From: Oikopleura dioica
Taxonomy: Eukaryota; Animalia; Chordata
Length of the DNA: 64,000 bases
Assembly (NCBI GenBank): GCA_907165135.1
Contig: OU015569.1
Location: forward strand, 6,634,001-6,698,000
Direction: 5' to 3'
Both the position numbers and the translations under genes were made by a program. The notes under the pieces are model-generated. The model was not told the origin of the DNA. It did no database searches and saw only the letters and a list, made by a program, of their open reading frames with translations. Positions 37,601 through 50,792 of the stretch are shown here, piece by piece (the first letter of the stretch is position 1; the number at the start of each line of letters is the position of its first letter).

Positions 37601-39728
37601 TTGAAATTTAGAGGTGACCTTTTCAGGAGCTTGTCTGTTCATCCTCTTTTGGCGGACTTTGGGCAGCAGCGAAATACGCTCGCTGGCGACGGCTGGCGGT
37701 TGAGAGCTCCTCCGTTTTGGGATTTCGCTGCGTTTCGGGGAACACTTGAGTCCTCTTTGAAATGATACCGCCCGGGGCCCAATCCCTGAACGGTGTCTCA
37801 GCTCGGGAGCGATTTGCTCCAACGAGCTACCACCCGAAAACACAGAAAAAACGGACTACTCCAACAGACAGAGAGTGACCCTTCCTCCCACCACCAGCTA
37901 CTAGAGAAGCACATTTCCCCCTCACGTGATTCTGCTACAGACAGGACTCACCTTTCCAGCTCCATTCATTTTTATCGCTAGAAAACAAATCACAGCCCAT
38001 TACCAACTTAACAATATTTTCACCTAAGGGCAAAAATACGAGTGTCAATTTCCTTAATTATTGCCTTAAAAGATGAGTTTAATTTTAAGATATTTTTTCT
38101 TTTCGAGGAGGCGACAGCGGGTTAAAAGGATGAAGCAGAAAGAGAGGTAATTCGGTGTGAAATCGCCGCCACTGCGAAATTCGCAGCTAGCCTCCAGTGA
38201 ACATCCGAATTTCACCCTTCCTTCATCGAAGAAAAAAAAATCGCAACACCCTTAACTGACACGCATTCTTATGAACGTCTTGGCTAGTGGTTATAAAATC
38301 ACGATAAAGAGAGAGAGAGAGAGGGGCCTTGAAAATGATCAGAAGCGTCGACTCCACTACTGTAGTACTGCAAGTTTTGCTGTCTTTTTGTTCGGTCACC
38401 TCAGTTCCCTGACTGCATTTTCGGCTTGATTAATAGGGCCTCGCAGTTTTAAATTAAAAGAAGACTTATTTTGTCTTTTATTTTTCGGCCAATATGGCAT
38501 TAAAGGCGGGACCGAACCGACTGATGGCCTTTTCGGGCTTATTAGCTTGCTCGATTTTTTTAACCGAATGAGACGCCGAAGCCGCTCGATAAAGACGATC
38601 GATATTTCATATCCTCCTCAAATCTCGCCACACGCGATTTGATTTCGCGAAAATCTATATCAACTCACTCAAAGAAAAGAGGGAGAGAGAAAAGGGGAGA
38701 TGCGCATCGCTAGAGATTAAAATTGCCCTTCCATAAATACACACATCGAAACGTAAGAGAATTTCACGAAAGATTATTGTAGATAATAGAAGCGACTAAA
38801 AATAAAAAAGAGGCTCGCAAGAGAAAATCTAAACAGCTTACGTTTCAATAATTTTTCTTCATGTTCATAGTATCGGCAGCTAATGACAAAATAAACTAAG
38901 AACTATCTTTGGGAATTTACGGTTAAAATGGGTTGATATTTCTTTGCACCCAACTTCTTAGTTTATTTTCACCACAAAACCTCAATTTACACAAGAAATT
39001 TTTAACAAAAATTTTCATCAAAGCGTTGAACTTTTAGATAACGCTGAAACAGTAAGAGGACCTCTACAGTTTCGACAAGAGAACAGTTAATTGGAAAATC
39101 GGGCCTGTGATGTTATTTTTTTGTCAGTCGATTTCATCATTCTGTTCCTCATTTTAAATTTATGAAATACTAACTCCGTTCTACAAGTCTACTTTTCAAA
39201 GGCATATTGTGTTTCTCGATGTTCGATTAGAAGATAACAAAAAAAGCGGGCCGTCTACCCCAGAACATTATAAATTAAACTGGGCTTTAGAATAATTGAT
39301 GATATGGAGCTCAAGTCAATTTGAGCTCCTTTCAATTGTGGACTAAGCCGAGAACTGTTTAGCTAGACTTTTTTCGTAGATAATACAAAGTCCTTCTCAT
39401 TTTTGCCTAACCGAAAAAAAAGAGAAAGCGACTTTTGCTTCTTCAAACGGCAGAACCTTTTTGCTGTTATTGAATGGCGATAACGTGAAAAATCACTAAC
39501 TACATTATCTTCTATTAAAATAATCGAAAATCACTCGCAAAAACACGTGGAGCATAATGTTTTTCCTCCCTTGTCTGACTTGGCAACGATCTATCTCTCT
39601 ATTTTTCTTCAATTTTATGACATGATGCTTTTGCATGCGAGTACTTTGATTAAAAAATAACCTTTTCGCCTTTTAGAAATCGGTGCGTTTCGTAAAAAAA
39701 TTGAAGAATTTCGCTCGTTTACAAGCAG

Positions 39729-40798
39729 ATGGCTAGTTGGCAGAAACCTAAGAATCCATCGACGACAGTGCCCGTACAGTCCCTCTGGCGTCAGAAGTCC
39801 TTCGCAAATGCTATTAGAGGAGAGAACTCGAGCACTGCGAGCACGGCGCCGAGCAGTACGCAGCACGCAGATGTAGCGCAGCTCTTATCGGCAAATGCTG
39901 TGCCCGTTTCGCGCCTCAGTCCAACGAGTAGACGAGTGAGCCCCGAGCAAAACTCCGTCTCATCTGGCTTAAACCTCCTCAACGTTCAGCCTTCGTTTAA
40001 TCATGTAGGAGCTTATTTTATTGAAATCGCTTTTCAACGACTCTTGTAGCTAGAAACTCTACAGCAGCGACTCGCGGAAACGCAAAGAAATCTCAGGGAG
40101 ATAGATGGCGCTATTCACAAACTGGACAGTATGCTTCACGAAGATCGACCCAAACTGGTAAGATTTTCTTAATGAAATCAAGGAAGACTCAAGGACGGTC
40201 ATTTTCTTCGGCCCTTGAAATTATTCTTCAGGAACTTGAGTCGCTAGAAAAGACAAGAGCAGTTTCGTCGGAACAAGCGGAAACACTGCGAAAAGCAGCT
40301 CTTTCGTTGGAACGCGAAGTACGCCGCTCGCAGCACTTGAAGGAATTGACGGAAGAAATCAACGACGACTCAGACGACCTTTTCAACTTGATTGAGTTGG
40401 AGCGCGTGAAGAATGCAGAGGAGTACGAGCAGCAGCTTCGCCAGGAGCAGAACAACTCTCCCTCGACATCGTCAACTTCGTCGAGCTCCGAAAATGATTC
40501 CGATCGACCAAGCAACACCACGCCCGAGCCGAGCAGAACGCCTACTATGTTTAACGTGAACGCAAGCGAGTTCAAGGTAGATTGCTCGATGGCGAGAAAA
40601 GCACTAAATAAATAATTTCAGCCGTCAACCAAAAGTCCGAAAACGTCGGAGCCTTCAAGTCATGTTAACTTCCAACAACTCGACCCTTCTACGCAAAAAG
40701 TGACTTACCACCAGCCTGGCTTCACGTTGTTTTACCCCATTCGACCCCCAATGTCAAATAATGTGGTAATGCTTCCACAACTGTATATTCCTCAATAG
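39729..40798 (+). CDS. Coiled-coil protein with PAM2-like motif
   Basis: Exons MASWQKPKNP..., LETLQQRLAETQRNLREIDGAIHKLDSML..., ELESLEKTRAV...MFNVNASEFK|PSTKSP...PQLYIPQ* (stop 40796-40798). Additional upstream exons are possible. Confidence 0.65.
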
Positions 40799-42054
40799 AA
40801 AAACACGTGTAGGTTTGTGTGCCCGAAGAGGCGTCGACGATTGGACAGATCGTCGGACCTGGCATCTGAGTTCTTGTTAAATAACTGTACATCATATTAC
40901 TTGATAATATATTACAATTTAACGCTTTTCTGACTGCTAATATATTATTAAATAATATAACTTAAATATGTTAATAAGGCTCTCCTTGCCTTGTCTCATT
41001 TTCTGCTTGATCTTCTCGCGCCCAGCGCTCGACCTTCCTTGTACTGCCCCTCAAACCAAATTGCGTGTCCATCAACTCTATATTAATATAACCTTGTATT
41101 AATCAATTAACGTTCATCAAGCATTTTATGATCGTTTATTGATTAACCTTTGGTGATGTTTCTATTTTTGATATTTTGCTCCTCCCCGACGCCCGCGCAC
41201 TGCACAAATGAACATATAAAACGAGCGCGTTGGCGCCGTCTGGCTCTGGTGGCTCTGTTGGTTTTGCTCTGAGGTGTCCGGATCTGGGCACACGACTGGC
41301 AGCGCCACCAGATCCTGCAACCAATGAGTCGTCTCGATAGACGCAGCTTGCGAAAAATAACGATTTGGTCGGACACGCAACAACAAAAATACCACCATCG
41401 CTCTTTACTCCCAACTGTCCCCACTTTTGAACAAATGTAGTTAATCTTGGTGTTGAAAAAAACTAATCGGTGATTTTTATAAACTGCGAACAAAGCAACC
41501 ACAGCCTTGTTAAAATAAACACACGTGGATATGAATGTTAAAATTCATTTTGTTTTCCTTTCCGTATTCTATGCAACTGGAAATGAGAAGATTTTTTTTT
41601 TTCGAAAAGTTACCTTTTTCGAACGATACAAATGGAGTTCTGATAAGCTGAAAATTCGTCTGGCAAGCAATTATCTCGATTGAGAAGCATTGATTTAGAA
41701 AAGACGCATTTTTGGATAGTCCGAAAAATCCTCTCAAAATTGAGTGAGTCCTTGAGTGTCCTGCGCCACGTTTTTTCTTGAGTATGTTTTTTCAAATGCG
41801 CGCAGCTTAGTAGGCTTCAAGCCGGTAAACAGCGAAGATCTGCGAAAAAAATAATGTCACTAGAACTGATGTACTTAATAGCCAAACTACAAATATAGAA
41901 TCCGGATGACACGACGTCTGAAATAGAAATATTCTCGTAGTACCTTTATTTTTAGCAAAAACGTTGAAGGACGATTTACAAATCGACAAGAGCGTTTTAA
42001 ATAACCACTCGGAAAGAATATCATATTTTGTGTTATGATTTCATTATTCGTAGA

Positions 42055-43860
42055 TTAGTTTTCTTGAGCTTGCGATTTTTTCGTAAGCGATTTTGGCTTA
42101 CGGGCATCTTTCAGGGATCTTGATGAAACGATGTCACAGTTGTTGTCTAAAAATGAACAATAAAGCCGTCAAATGCTAAACTTACCATAGTCTCCTAATA
42201 TGACAGACATTTTCAGTCCATTGTAATTAGAAATCGCATAATCAGATGTAAATCTTAGCTGGACACTATCTTGGTCGATGCTGATCAGTTTGCTGTACAA
42301 GGATGACTGTGCGTTTGAATCGATGTAAAGGAAATCGTATCCAGGCTCCAAATCAAGAAATTCTTAATTGGGATCTATTTACGTCTGGTGCATATGACAG
42401 TCAACCAGAAATTTTCCGCATCAAGGCATTTTAAATCCCGATTCCTATGTACAGATTTATCGCTTTTGTCGAAGAAATCCTGTTTATAGTCAGCGTGCAG
42501 TTATTGTCCTCTCCGTAATCTTGAGGAATCCTGAATAATAAATATATAATCGTCCGAGTTTAAAAACTTACGTGATTCCATATTGCTGTCCCTCATGAAT
42601 CCCAGCAGAAGTTATGTCGCAGAAGTTGGACTCGTTATCTATGGAAAAATGCTACGAGTATACTACATAATAGTCTATATTAAATATAGTCTTTATTGTG
42701 AATGCACCTGGATTATAATTGATGGCGGCGAAGCACGGCGGAGTTGCAGAGAAAAAACTCATTGCCCAAGTTTTAACAAACTAAAATTTCGCTTGACGAA
42801 AAAGTGATCAATTATTTATGAAGAAAAATTTTATCCCAAACGAAACATCTGCATATACGCCTGGCGCTCCTTCATCAGCACAGCCGAAGCCCCATGAAAC
42901 CACGCCCGACAAGAATGGTACTCCATTTTGAGAACAAATAACTGGCCCGCCGGAATCTCCCTATAGCAATTGGATCACAAAAAAAGTAGATCTAAAATTC
43001 AGTTGGTATTTGTGAGCCCAGCCTGGCAAGAGTCTTTTCCTCCATCTGTTTGTCCGTCCTCGTCACCGTCAAGCCGTCCTGCGCAGAACATAGATTCATC
43101 TAAGTCGTTTCCGGTCAAAACACTATTTTGGATGCAGTAGTCTTTTGACATAAGCGTGATATCGACTTCTTGGAGAATATCAGGCGTAGATCCGCCAGAA
43201 GAAAGGGTACCCCAGCCGGCTACGTTGCATTGTTTCTCGTGTCCAAAATAACCATCTGGTAGACAAGCAGGTTCGAAGACGGCCCCAGGACTTGCACTTT
43301 GTATCAGATTTGGTACAAAGAGAATGCAGTAGTCGTGCGACACCGTGTTTTCATTGTATTGAGGATGCATTTCATAATGCAAAATTGGCACTGTGAAATA
43401 ATCGTTTCCGTTTTCGTCGTGTTTGCCAATGTAAGCTTCGCTGAAATAACCACAACAGTGAGCGGCTTTAATAATGCTCAATCATTGTATACAATAGGTT
43501 TTATGTATATGTTTTATAGCATTTCCTGTCATTATTATATCGTTACTACCATCAGTCTTCTTAGTCAATATTGTAGCACCACAAACTCCAAGATGCGCTA
43601 TCCATGGCCAACTTCCTTGAACAGCATCTTGACCTCCAACAATTCGTGATGAGTAGATCGACGGCGGGTTAAATGGATCGGCGCAAATTAAACCGGTTTC
43701 AATGGGTACAACAGGAGGTAAAGTAGTAGTCCCGCCAGGCTCAGTGCTGGTAGCGCTTTCGCCAAATATGCCAATGTCGATTGCTTGCGTGGCTATTAGG
43801 TAGCTAACCAGCCCTTTTTTGAGAATTCAAAATTTATCTTTGAAGGAACTTTCTTTTCAT
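42055..43860 (-). CDS. Trypsin-family serine protease followed by a CUB domain (oviductin/ovochymase-like architecture)
   Basis: SSR|[14 protein letters not shown] activation site, IMT|AAHC, HDYCIL, VAGWG, GKDSCQ|[16 protein letters not shown], then CUB-like [11 protein letters not shown]...[16 protein letters not shown]. The catalytic triad is intact. The start codon was not pinned down. Confidence 0.9.
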
Positions 43861-44257
43861 TATGAAAACTTTTCCTATAAGGACAAGAAGCAGCACAATT
43901 ATAGTTCCTAATACAGCGTTCAGGGAACTCATTCTCTCGAAGAACTGAGTAATATCACCTTTTTTAATCTATACGAAAAAGTATTCTAGAGATTACACAT
44001 CTTGACGCTTGACGGAGATACATCACCACCTTGATCATTTTATATACCAATTTTCGAAAATACAATGCTCGACGGATATTGGATTGTCCATAAAAGATAT
44101 TTTATGTTTGACAAGCTCTCAGCTTCCTAGGCGAGGAGATATTTTTTCACGAATAATTTTATTATAAAAGTTGAATGTTTAATCTTTTTACATGAATAAC
44201 AGATTAAACAGTTTTGAACTGAATGAGATCAAATTAAAAAGGATTGTGGAAGAAGAT

Positions 44258-44500
44258 TTATCCAAAGATAGGAAATTGTTCTGCGTTGTCGTCAACATCT
44301 AATGGCTTGGTCCACTGATTGAAGCCGAACGGGTCCTGGAATCGCGGCGGCTGCACACCGTCTTCTGCTCTATCTGGTCGTTTGTACATATCAGCCCAAG
44401 AATCTAGACCGGAGCTCATACTTCTCGTTGCTGATTTCAAACTGGAAATATAGGGAAACGCTTCCGAAAAACTAACAAAAAATACTAGTGCGATTTTCAT
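44258..44500 (-). CDS. Small secreted protein (80 aa, possibly a first exon)
   Basis: ATG-initiated ORF with hydrophobic signal MKIALVFFVSFSEA and a TATA-like element ~85 bp upstream. No family recognised. Confidence 0.55.
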   Translation of the reverse strand: MKIALVFFVSFSEAFPYISSLKSATRSMSSGLDSWADMYKRPDRAEDGVQPPRFQDPFGFNQWTKPLDVDDNAEQFPIFG

Positions 44501-45422
44501 TTTTTCCTTTCAATTTGGATTTGGATTGAAACTACCGGCAAATCGACGAGAAAAAGCCGGTATATAAAGAAGTTGAAAAATAGTTTATATAAACAGCCTT
44601 CGGCATAAATAAACGAGAAATGGAATGAGGCAGATTTAGATGTCATCTTTGTGCAACATTATAGTCCATAATTTATAAATCTGGGCTACTGACGCAAATT
44701 TCTCGACTTTTAAATGATCTATTTCGAAGTTAAAATACTTCTGTGAAAGTCGATGCTTCGCCATGATTTGTCATAACTTAGATATCTAATTTTTGCATTG
44801 AAGAACAACCAGAAGAGTGATTATATTTGTATGCTTCGAAACAAAATATGAATTTAGAAACGATTAGTTCTTCGTTTTCCAATATTTGTCACATTAAACG
44901 GCTTCTAATTATAGTTTTTGGTGCCTTCATTTTTAAGCTGAGTACAAAAAAAAAAGAAGATAAAGCAAATGACCTTGATAGATAATAAATTTAAGCTAAA
45001 TGAAAATGATAATCTGCTCAGATTCGATTCATTGCGTAACTCATTCCATCGCTTCGAGAATAGAGAGCAACGCTCTTGAACTTTTGATTGCTCCGAAAAT
45101 TTGAAGCGTTGGAACTCAACGCATGCATCTCGCGCATGATGGAGGATGAAAGATTATTTACAACACGGCAAAGTCTAAAATTCCCAAGTATTTCATCACT
45201 TTCTCAATGCAATTTCAGTCAGTCTATTTTCTTAATTCTGAAATTGTGAAATCATCAAGGATCACTTTTTTGAAAGCAACGGGTTTACGATTCTTTATTT
45301 ACATTTTCGAATGTTTTATAAGCTCGCAAAAGGTTTGAAGACTGAAACGAATTTTTATGCAGAGAATAGCTTTTTTAATTTATCTCGCACGCGCACTTGT
45401 TCGCCGTCGACAGACTCTGATT

Positions 45423-46032
45423 TTAGGTTGGCGAGTGTTCTTCTGGGTAAGAATTGCTTAGATCAATAGATCTGCCAACCGGAGCCTTGTCTAAAGACAT
45501 CTCTGATGTTTTCAACAACCGCTGTCGAGCGTCTTCTTTTTTGTGGCTTTTCTTGGACCAAGTGATCACTGCCGGAATCGGGAGAAGAGCCTGTCCGCGA
45601 ATTCTCTACAAGCTCTTCAAATCATAAAGAAAGACAAAAGACGAACCTATACCATCTTCGGACTTGGAACTCTGCAATTCTGGAATGCGTCCCGTCGCGA
45701 CCATCCAGTCGTAATATTCGGGCTCGCATAGGTACTGAACATATCATATGTGAATTCAATAATTTTTGCCAATGTCTGCTCGACCCAGTAGAACTGGCTG
45801 TCCTGTTATCGGATTATTGATATTCAATTTCATTCCCCGCCCTCGTCATTTATTTAACCGTTTCGTAGAGCACTGTTTTCTTTAATTTTTGGTGCTTTAG
45901 CGAAAACGTCCATTCTCGATGATTGAAATAAAACTGTTTAGGCACCTGAATGTCTTCGGCGGTGAGCCTTATCGTCGAGGGATTACTCCTTCGTGAATTT
46001 GCTTTTTGATTCTCTTGTTTTTCGTCGTCCAT
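45423..46032 (-). CDS. Small multi-exon hypothetical protein
   Basis: Phase-compatible exons DSQFYW|YLCEPEYYDWMVATGRIPELQSSKSED G|ELVENSRTG...PEEHSPT*; first exon MDDEKQENQKANSRR.... Confidence 0.45.
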
Positions 46033-46608
46033 TTTTGAAATTTAGATTTCTTGTTGCTATGGGTTCTTTTTTATTCTCTTCTATTCAAACATATTAAATA
46101 ACAAAGAATGCTCTAGTTATTATCTTTTCAAAGTTCACTCGCTGTTTTAAGAAACTTGCGCATCAAAAAGTAAAAACCGCCTCTCGCTCACAATCGTATT
46201 CGAAATGAACTTTCCTCTTCTTGATCAATGATCAATACCAAAAGGCCCGTTCTCCTCCAAAATACCACCAAGGATTGATTAGTAGGCTATCAGCTAATTA
46301 TTCTTTTATTTTCACGCGCAAATAATTATTCTTCTTCTCCTTCTTCTGCGGCCTCCTTCTCTCGCTCTCTCTTGCACAGTAACTCAATATTGCTCCTTCT
46401 CGTTTCTTTTTAATATTTCTTCGATTTTCGTTTTTTTTTCTTTTTCTTTCGTTCTGAAAAATGTAATAGAAATAGTGGAAGTAGGCCGATGGATGGGAGA
46501 TTATTAAAGGGTGCACGTGCAATTTCTGCAGCCACCTATTACCCAATATGCATATTACATGAAAGCACATATGTTTTGCCACAGTAAAAAAGAAATGCAT
46601 TCTTCAAA

Positions 46609-47152
46609 GGTGATACGGCCTAATTCTTCGGATAGGAGGCCGAATGATTGATGCGTGTAAGAACACTGATTCTTCGGCAAAAAACCGAAGAATAAGTGAT
46701 AGAAGATGCACTGATTCTTCGGCTAAGGTGAATTTATTCACAGATTCCTGTGCCCCTTACCACGGGGCTTCGCCCCTTAGGTCCTAAAATGCCGGGGTCT
46801 AGTCTAGGGTTACTTAGGGTTACCTTCAGTAACCCTAACTAACCCTAGCCTATCCCCCTCGGGTGAGTTTTTTCTGTCATTTTGCCCAGTGCCCCCTAAC
46901 ACTAGCCTCAAATTATAGAAAATACTTATTGCCAAATTGAGTTTATTCTCTAGAAAATGTCTTTTTCTTAAGTTATGAGTCATAAGTTACAATCAAAGAG
47001 TTTTGATAATGAATTCTAGAAAATTTGCCGAAGAATCACTGTCAATAATATCAATAATCCTTCGGTTCAAGGCAATTCTTAATTTGCCGAAGAATCAGTG
47101 TTATTGAAAGCATCAATTCTTCGGTCTTGCCGAAGAATTAGCCCATACCACG
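46609..47152. mobile_element. MITE, 544 bp, with 8-bp TSD
   Basis: TSD TCTTCAAA at 46601-46608 and 47153-47160; imperfect TIR GGTGATACGGCCTAATTCTTCGG vs reverse complement CGTGGTATGGGCTAATTCTTCGG; repeated subterminal GATTCTTCGGC/GCCGAAGAATC motifs; no ORF. Confidence 0.85.
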
Positions 47153-48136
47153 TCTTCAAACACACATAAAAACATTCAAACAAAAGCTATTTGTGGCAAA
47201 TAATTGTTCATAATTCAATAGTTAATTTTATAACATTCTTCTTGAAAAAATTTCACTAAAATTAAGTAAAATATATTTAATGAGGAATTTCTAAAGAAGA
47301 ATTTATATTTGCGTAGTCTTAAAAATGGATAACATCTAAATCATCGAAAACTGAAGGGCTCAAAGTTAGACATGCTTAATCCTCTGTCAATGAGACATTC
47401 TGAATCGACCGATAGTACAAGTTTCCTGAGTTAAAGATATTAAATCGTGGCCCTTTAAATCTGCGATTTTTTCCGGCGAAGGGCACAAATTTGAGTTTTT
47501 CTCTCGGACAAAACAGTTCAGGAGATACGTCAGAAAGACGTCGGAATTTCGCGATGACGAGTTGAACGATGATCACCTTCGATTGCGTTCTGACATCTCT
47601 GGGAACTGAGTTATCTGCTTCAAAACAAAACAATTTTGTCTCGACACAACAACTAATATCAACAGAATGCTTATCATGAAGTCGGTACGCCTGGCTCTTG
47701 ATTCTTCGTCGGAGAAATGCTGAGGGTTCGAAGGCCAGATGTTCTTATTGCGAACTCGGATAGCCAAGTAAAATCTACATATACTCTTAGCAAAAATTAT
47801 TCTCTCGGTAGAGTCATTACTGTAATTGTGATTGGATTGACCGGATATTTGCCTAATCACCGAATGAAATGCCTAATCAGCAGCACGTTCGCGCCCTGCT
47901 CGTTCGCCTTAATCCAGAGTTTTGAATTCGTAATCCTGCGTTCACGCTTTCGCGAAGAATAGGTTTAGAAACCCAAAACGCTGGCTGCTATCCTCTGCGG
48001 CTATAAAGATCTACACGAGCATGTTGAAATCATAAAATCGAAAAGCGATAGAAAATGAGGATCAGCTCATTTCTACCGATTGCCTTGAGGTAAACCCTTT
48101 TTCGCGAGAGATAGATCTGAATCTGTTAATTTTAGC

Positions 48137-50000
48137 ATGGCACAGAGGACAATGAAAGTGAGCCGACAAGCGGAGCTGGGTTTGCTCCAGAAAAAGGAGA
48201 TTTCGCTTCCATATGAAATGATTAACGACGCTTTGGCTAATTCGCCAGATGGAAAGGCAACCTTCGAGCAAATGGTATCCGCCTACAAAGTCCCCCTTCA
48301 ATCTCGCCAAAGGTTAACTTTCGAATAGTTCTCGAAAACTAGTCGAAATTGAATCATTTAGTAGAAACTATCAATTGTGTTTCTTGCTATAAAAGCTACA
48401 GATGTATCAATAATGCTTATCCAAAGGAAGAGAATTTTGTTGATTAGTATAAGAGCGCTTAAAAGGTTCTGTGCTTATAAGCCGAGTAAGCTTTTAAGCC
48501 TCGTTCAAAAGAATCGCTTGGGTAAATTAATTAAAGAGGTTTTCAGAATACAAAGAAGGAAAAAGCTATTCTTCGAGAAAAATACCTCGCTCGTGGGAGC
48601 AAAATCCTCGGGGTTGAATCGCGCTGGAGATTTCGTCTGACGCAGTGCGCCAAACAAGGAAACTGCCCATGCTCGGAAAAGATCGACGTCGATTATGCTC
48701 CTTTCGGCGTGGAAGGTGCCTTCAAATCAAACAACGGGACAAAGTTCTATGCGCCGAATACGAATTGTATCTGGAAATTACACGCGCCGAAAGATTACAC
48801 CATTCTTATGCGGTTTAATCGATTTGCTGTTGAGCGAGAAGACGTCTGCGGGTTCGACTATGCGATGATCTACTCCGGCAAGATGGAATACCTCAACAAC
48901 AAAGAGCATAACGACACAGTTAAAGCAGAAGGTTTGATAGCTAGTTTTCGAAGCTATTGATAAAATTATAAGGGGTTTTCTGCGGAAGCATCAAAGACCC
49001 TCAAAACGTAGGCGACGATGACTGGAACGACAAAAGCACGCTGGTGCCAACTTCGGACAGCGGAGATGACACGCTCAATCGAACATTCTTCAATGGACAG
49101 TGGACAGACTTACGGAACAACAACGCAGGAAACATTTTTGAAAATTTGATCTTGAGCAAAAACAAAGAGACATATTTGCTTTTGAAAAATGCATCAAGGA
49201 ATTATTTTCGTAACCGATGGCGACACTCAACACACCGGCTTTGAATTGGAGTGGCGAGTCCTTCCTAAAATGCAGAACGTCAATGGTACAGTAAAAAATC
49301 AAATATTCATAAGTACACTAAATTATCATACTGTATGTATCCCCGACCTAGTCATTTCCAAGCACTGGCCTACGTAGTAAAGCATCGTTTAGTGACGGGT
49401 GCGGAGGATGCTGTCGATTACGTTCGGCAGCGGATCCTAGATGATATCGAAAACAATCCAATGAACTCGAAAGAAGAGAAGGAAGAAAAGATCAAACAGG
49501 TAAAATTACCAGCACCCTACTCAATGTAATCATCATCGCAGGTTACTAAAACTATGGACCGTATGATCACAGCGACCAAAAAGAACTGCTATCACTTGGA
49601 AGGAAATGTCGTGCCACTGGAAATTCAGAATGGAATAAAGACAACAAATACAGCAATAGGTTTCTTTCCGTACATGCTTGACCTGATTTTCGCGACGCAC
49701 AAAAAGTGCAGACAAAAGCACAGGGTTGCATGGAAGCGACGATTCGACAAACTGCAAAACACTCTTTGGAACAAGGTAGATATCGATGATAAGTGATCAA
49801 AGCTGCATTTATAATGTTAAAACCCATAAACTAAGAGACTGATTAACTATCATACAATTTATGGTAATTTAAAGGTAGCAGATCAGGATAGTTCAATTAA
49901 CACCTCAGACGATGACTCCATCAACGTCGGGAGTTTAACGCTTTCAGCAGAGGTGAGCTTCTAACTAACAAAGAGAACCTAACTATTAGGTGTCATTAAC
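48137..50000 (+). CDS. CUB-domain protein with helical C-terminal region
   Basis: CPCSEK...FYAPNTNCIWKLHAPKDYTILMRFNRFAVEREDVCGFDYAMIY...|GFCGS...GIIFVTDGDTQHTGFELEW is a CUB pattern, followed by helical exons ending CRQKHRVAWKRRFDKLQNTLWNK. The 5' and 3' boundaries are uncertain. Confidence 0.75.
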
Positions 50001-50792
50001 CCTTAGAGTACAGCGCTCGCATTTAACACTCAAATATCAATTGCAGTTCGATCGGTCTTACAAATCAAATTTAAAAAAGCTGCAGTCCTATCTGAATGCA
50101 AATGATTGTTCAACACACCTTAAAGTTAGCACGTTAACAATAGTTTCGTTAAACTACTCGGTGAAAAATAAGTTGGTGACCTTTAAAAACCTGTGATACG
50201 CTAGTTACTTTTCCTCTTTCAAAGTCTCTTCGAGACACCGAAAAATTTGTTGATGAAATTTGAACTTTGAGAACACTGTACCACTAACAATTTTTTCAAA
50301 ACAAGGAGGAGAACGGAGAGACGCAACACAAATCGCCATTCAATCCAGATGATAGTGTATTTGCAATCGAATGAAAGTTGAAAGAAAAGACATCCGGAAC
50401 TACAAATTGACTAATTAAGTCATCATGTACAAACACTTACTGCACCTATCTGAAATAAATGATAGTTAATATAGAGCATAAACTTAGTTTGTTCGAGTCG
50501 TGACGTTTGCTTTTTGTTTCATAAAGAATTGTCGCGAGTTGCATGTCTTTGCAAGAAAAACGCAAACACGAAAAAAGAGCACACTTCAAACGCCAAAAAG
50601 TGTCATTAGCTGTCGCTCTATTTGCTTTCTTTTTCTCAAGAATTCTTGTTTATCTTTCACAAAATGGAATTTACAATTACAGAATAAACAGTATAGGCTA
50701 TCTTCGTTTCAATTACAGTGTGTGCTCTTGGATGTATTCGTTTAATTGATAAGGACTTCTGTGTGTGGGTCGCCGCTTTTCTCTAGGTAGAA

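Noticed and set aside
41140-41990. Possible minus-strand gene with a PH-like end (RYFSQAASIETTHWLQDL)
   Set aside because: Several competing frames, and I could not build a consistent exon chain; needs RNA-seq.
46609-47152. Recurrent GATTCTTCGGC motifs superficially like a CRISPR array
   Set aside because: Irregular spacing, both orientations, enclosed by TIRs and a TSD in a eukaryotic genome; these are MITE subterminal repeats.
47376-48050. Possible small minus-strand gene
   Set aside because: Open segments exist but splice phases could not be reconciled, and there is no recognisable domain.
48200-48290. LPYEMINDALANSPDGKATFEQM resembles forkhead helices 1-2
   Set aside because: The similarity is short; the helix-3 signature (WxNSIRHNLS) was not found in the following exons.
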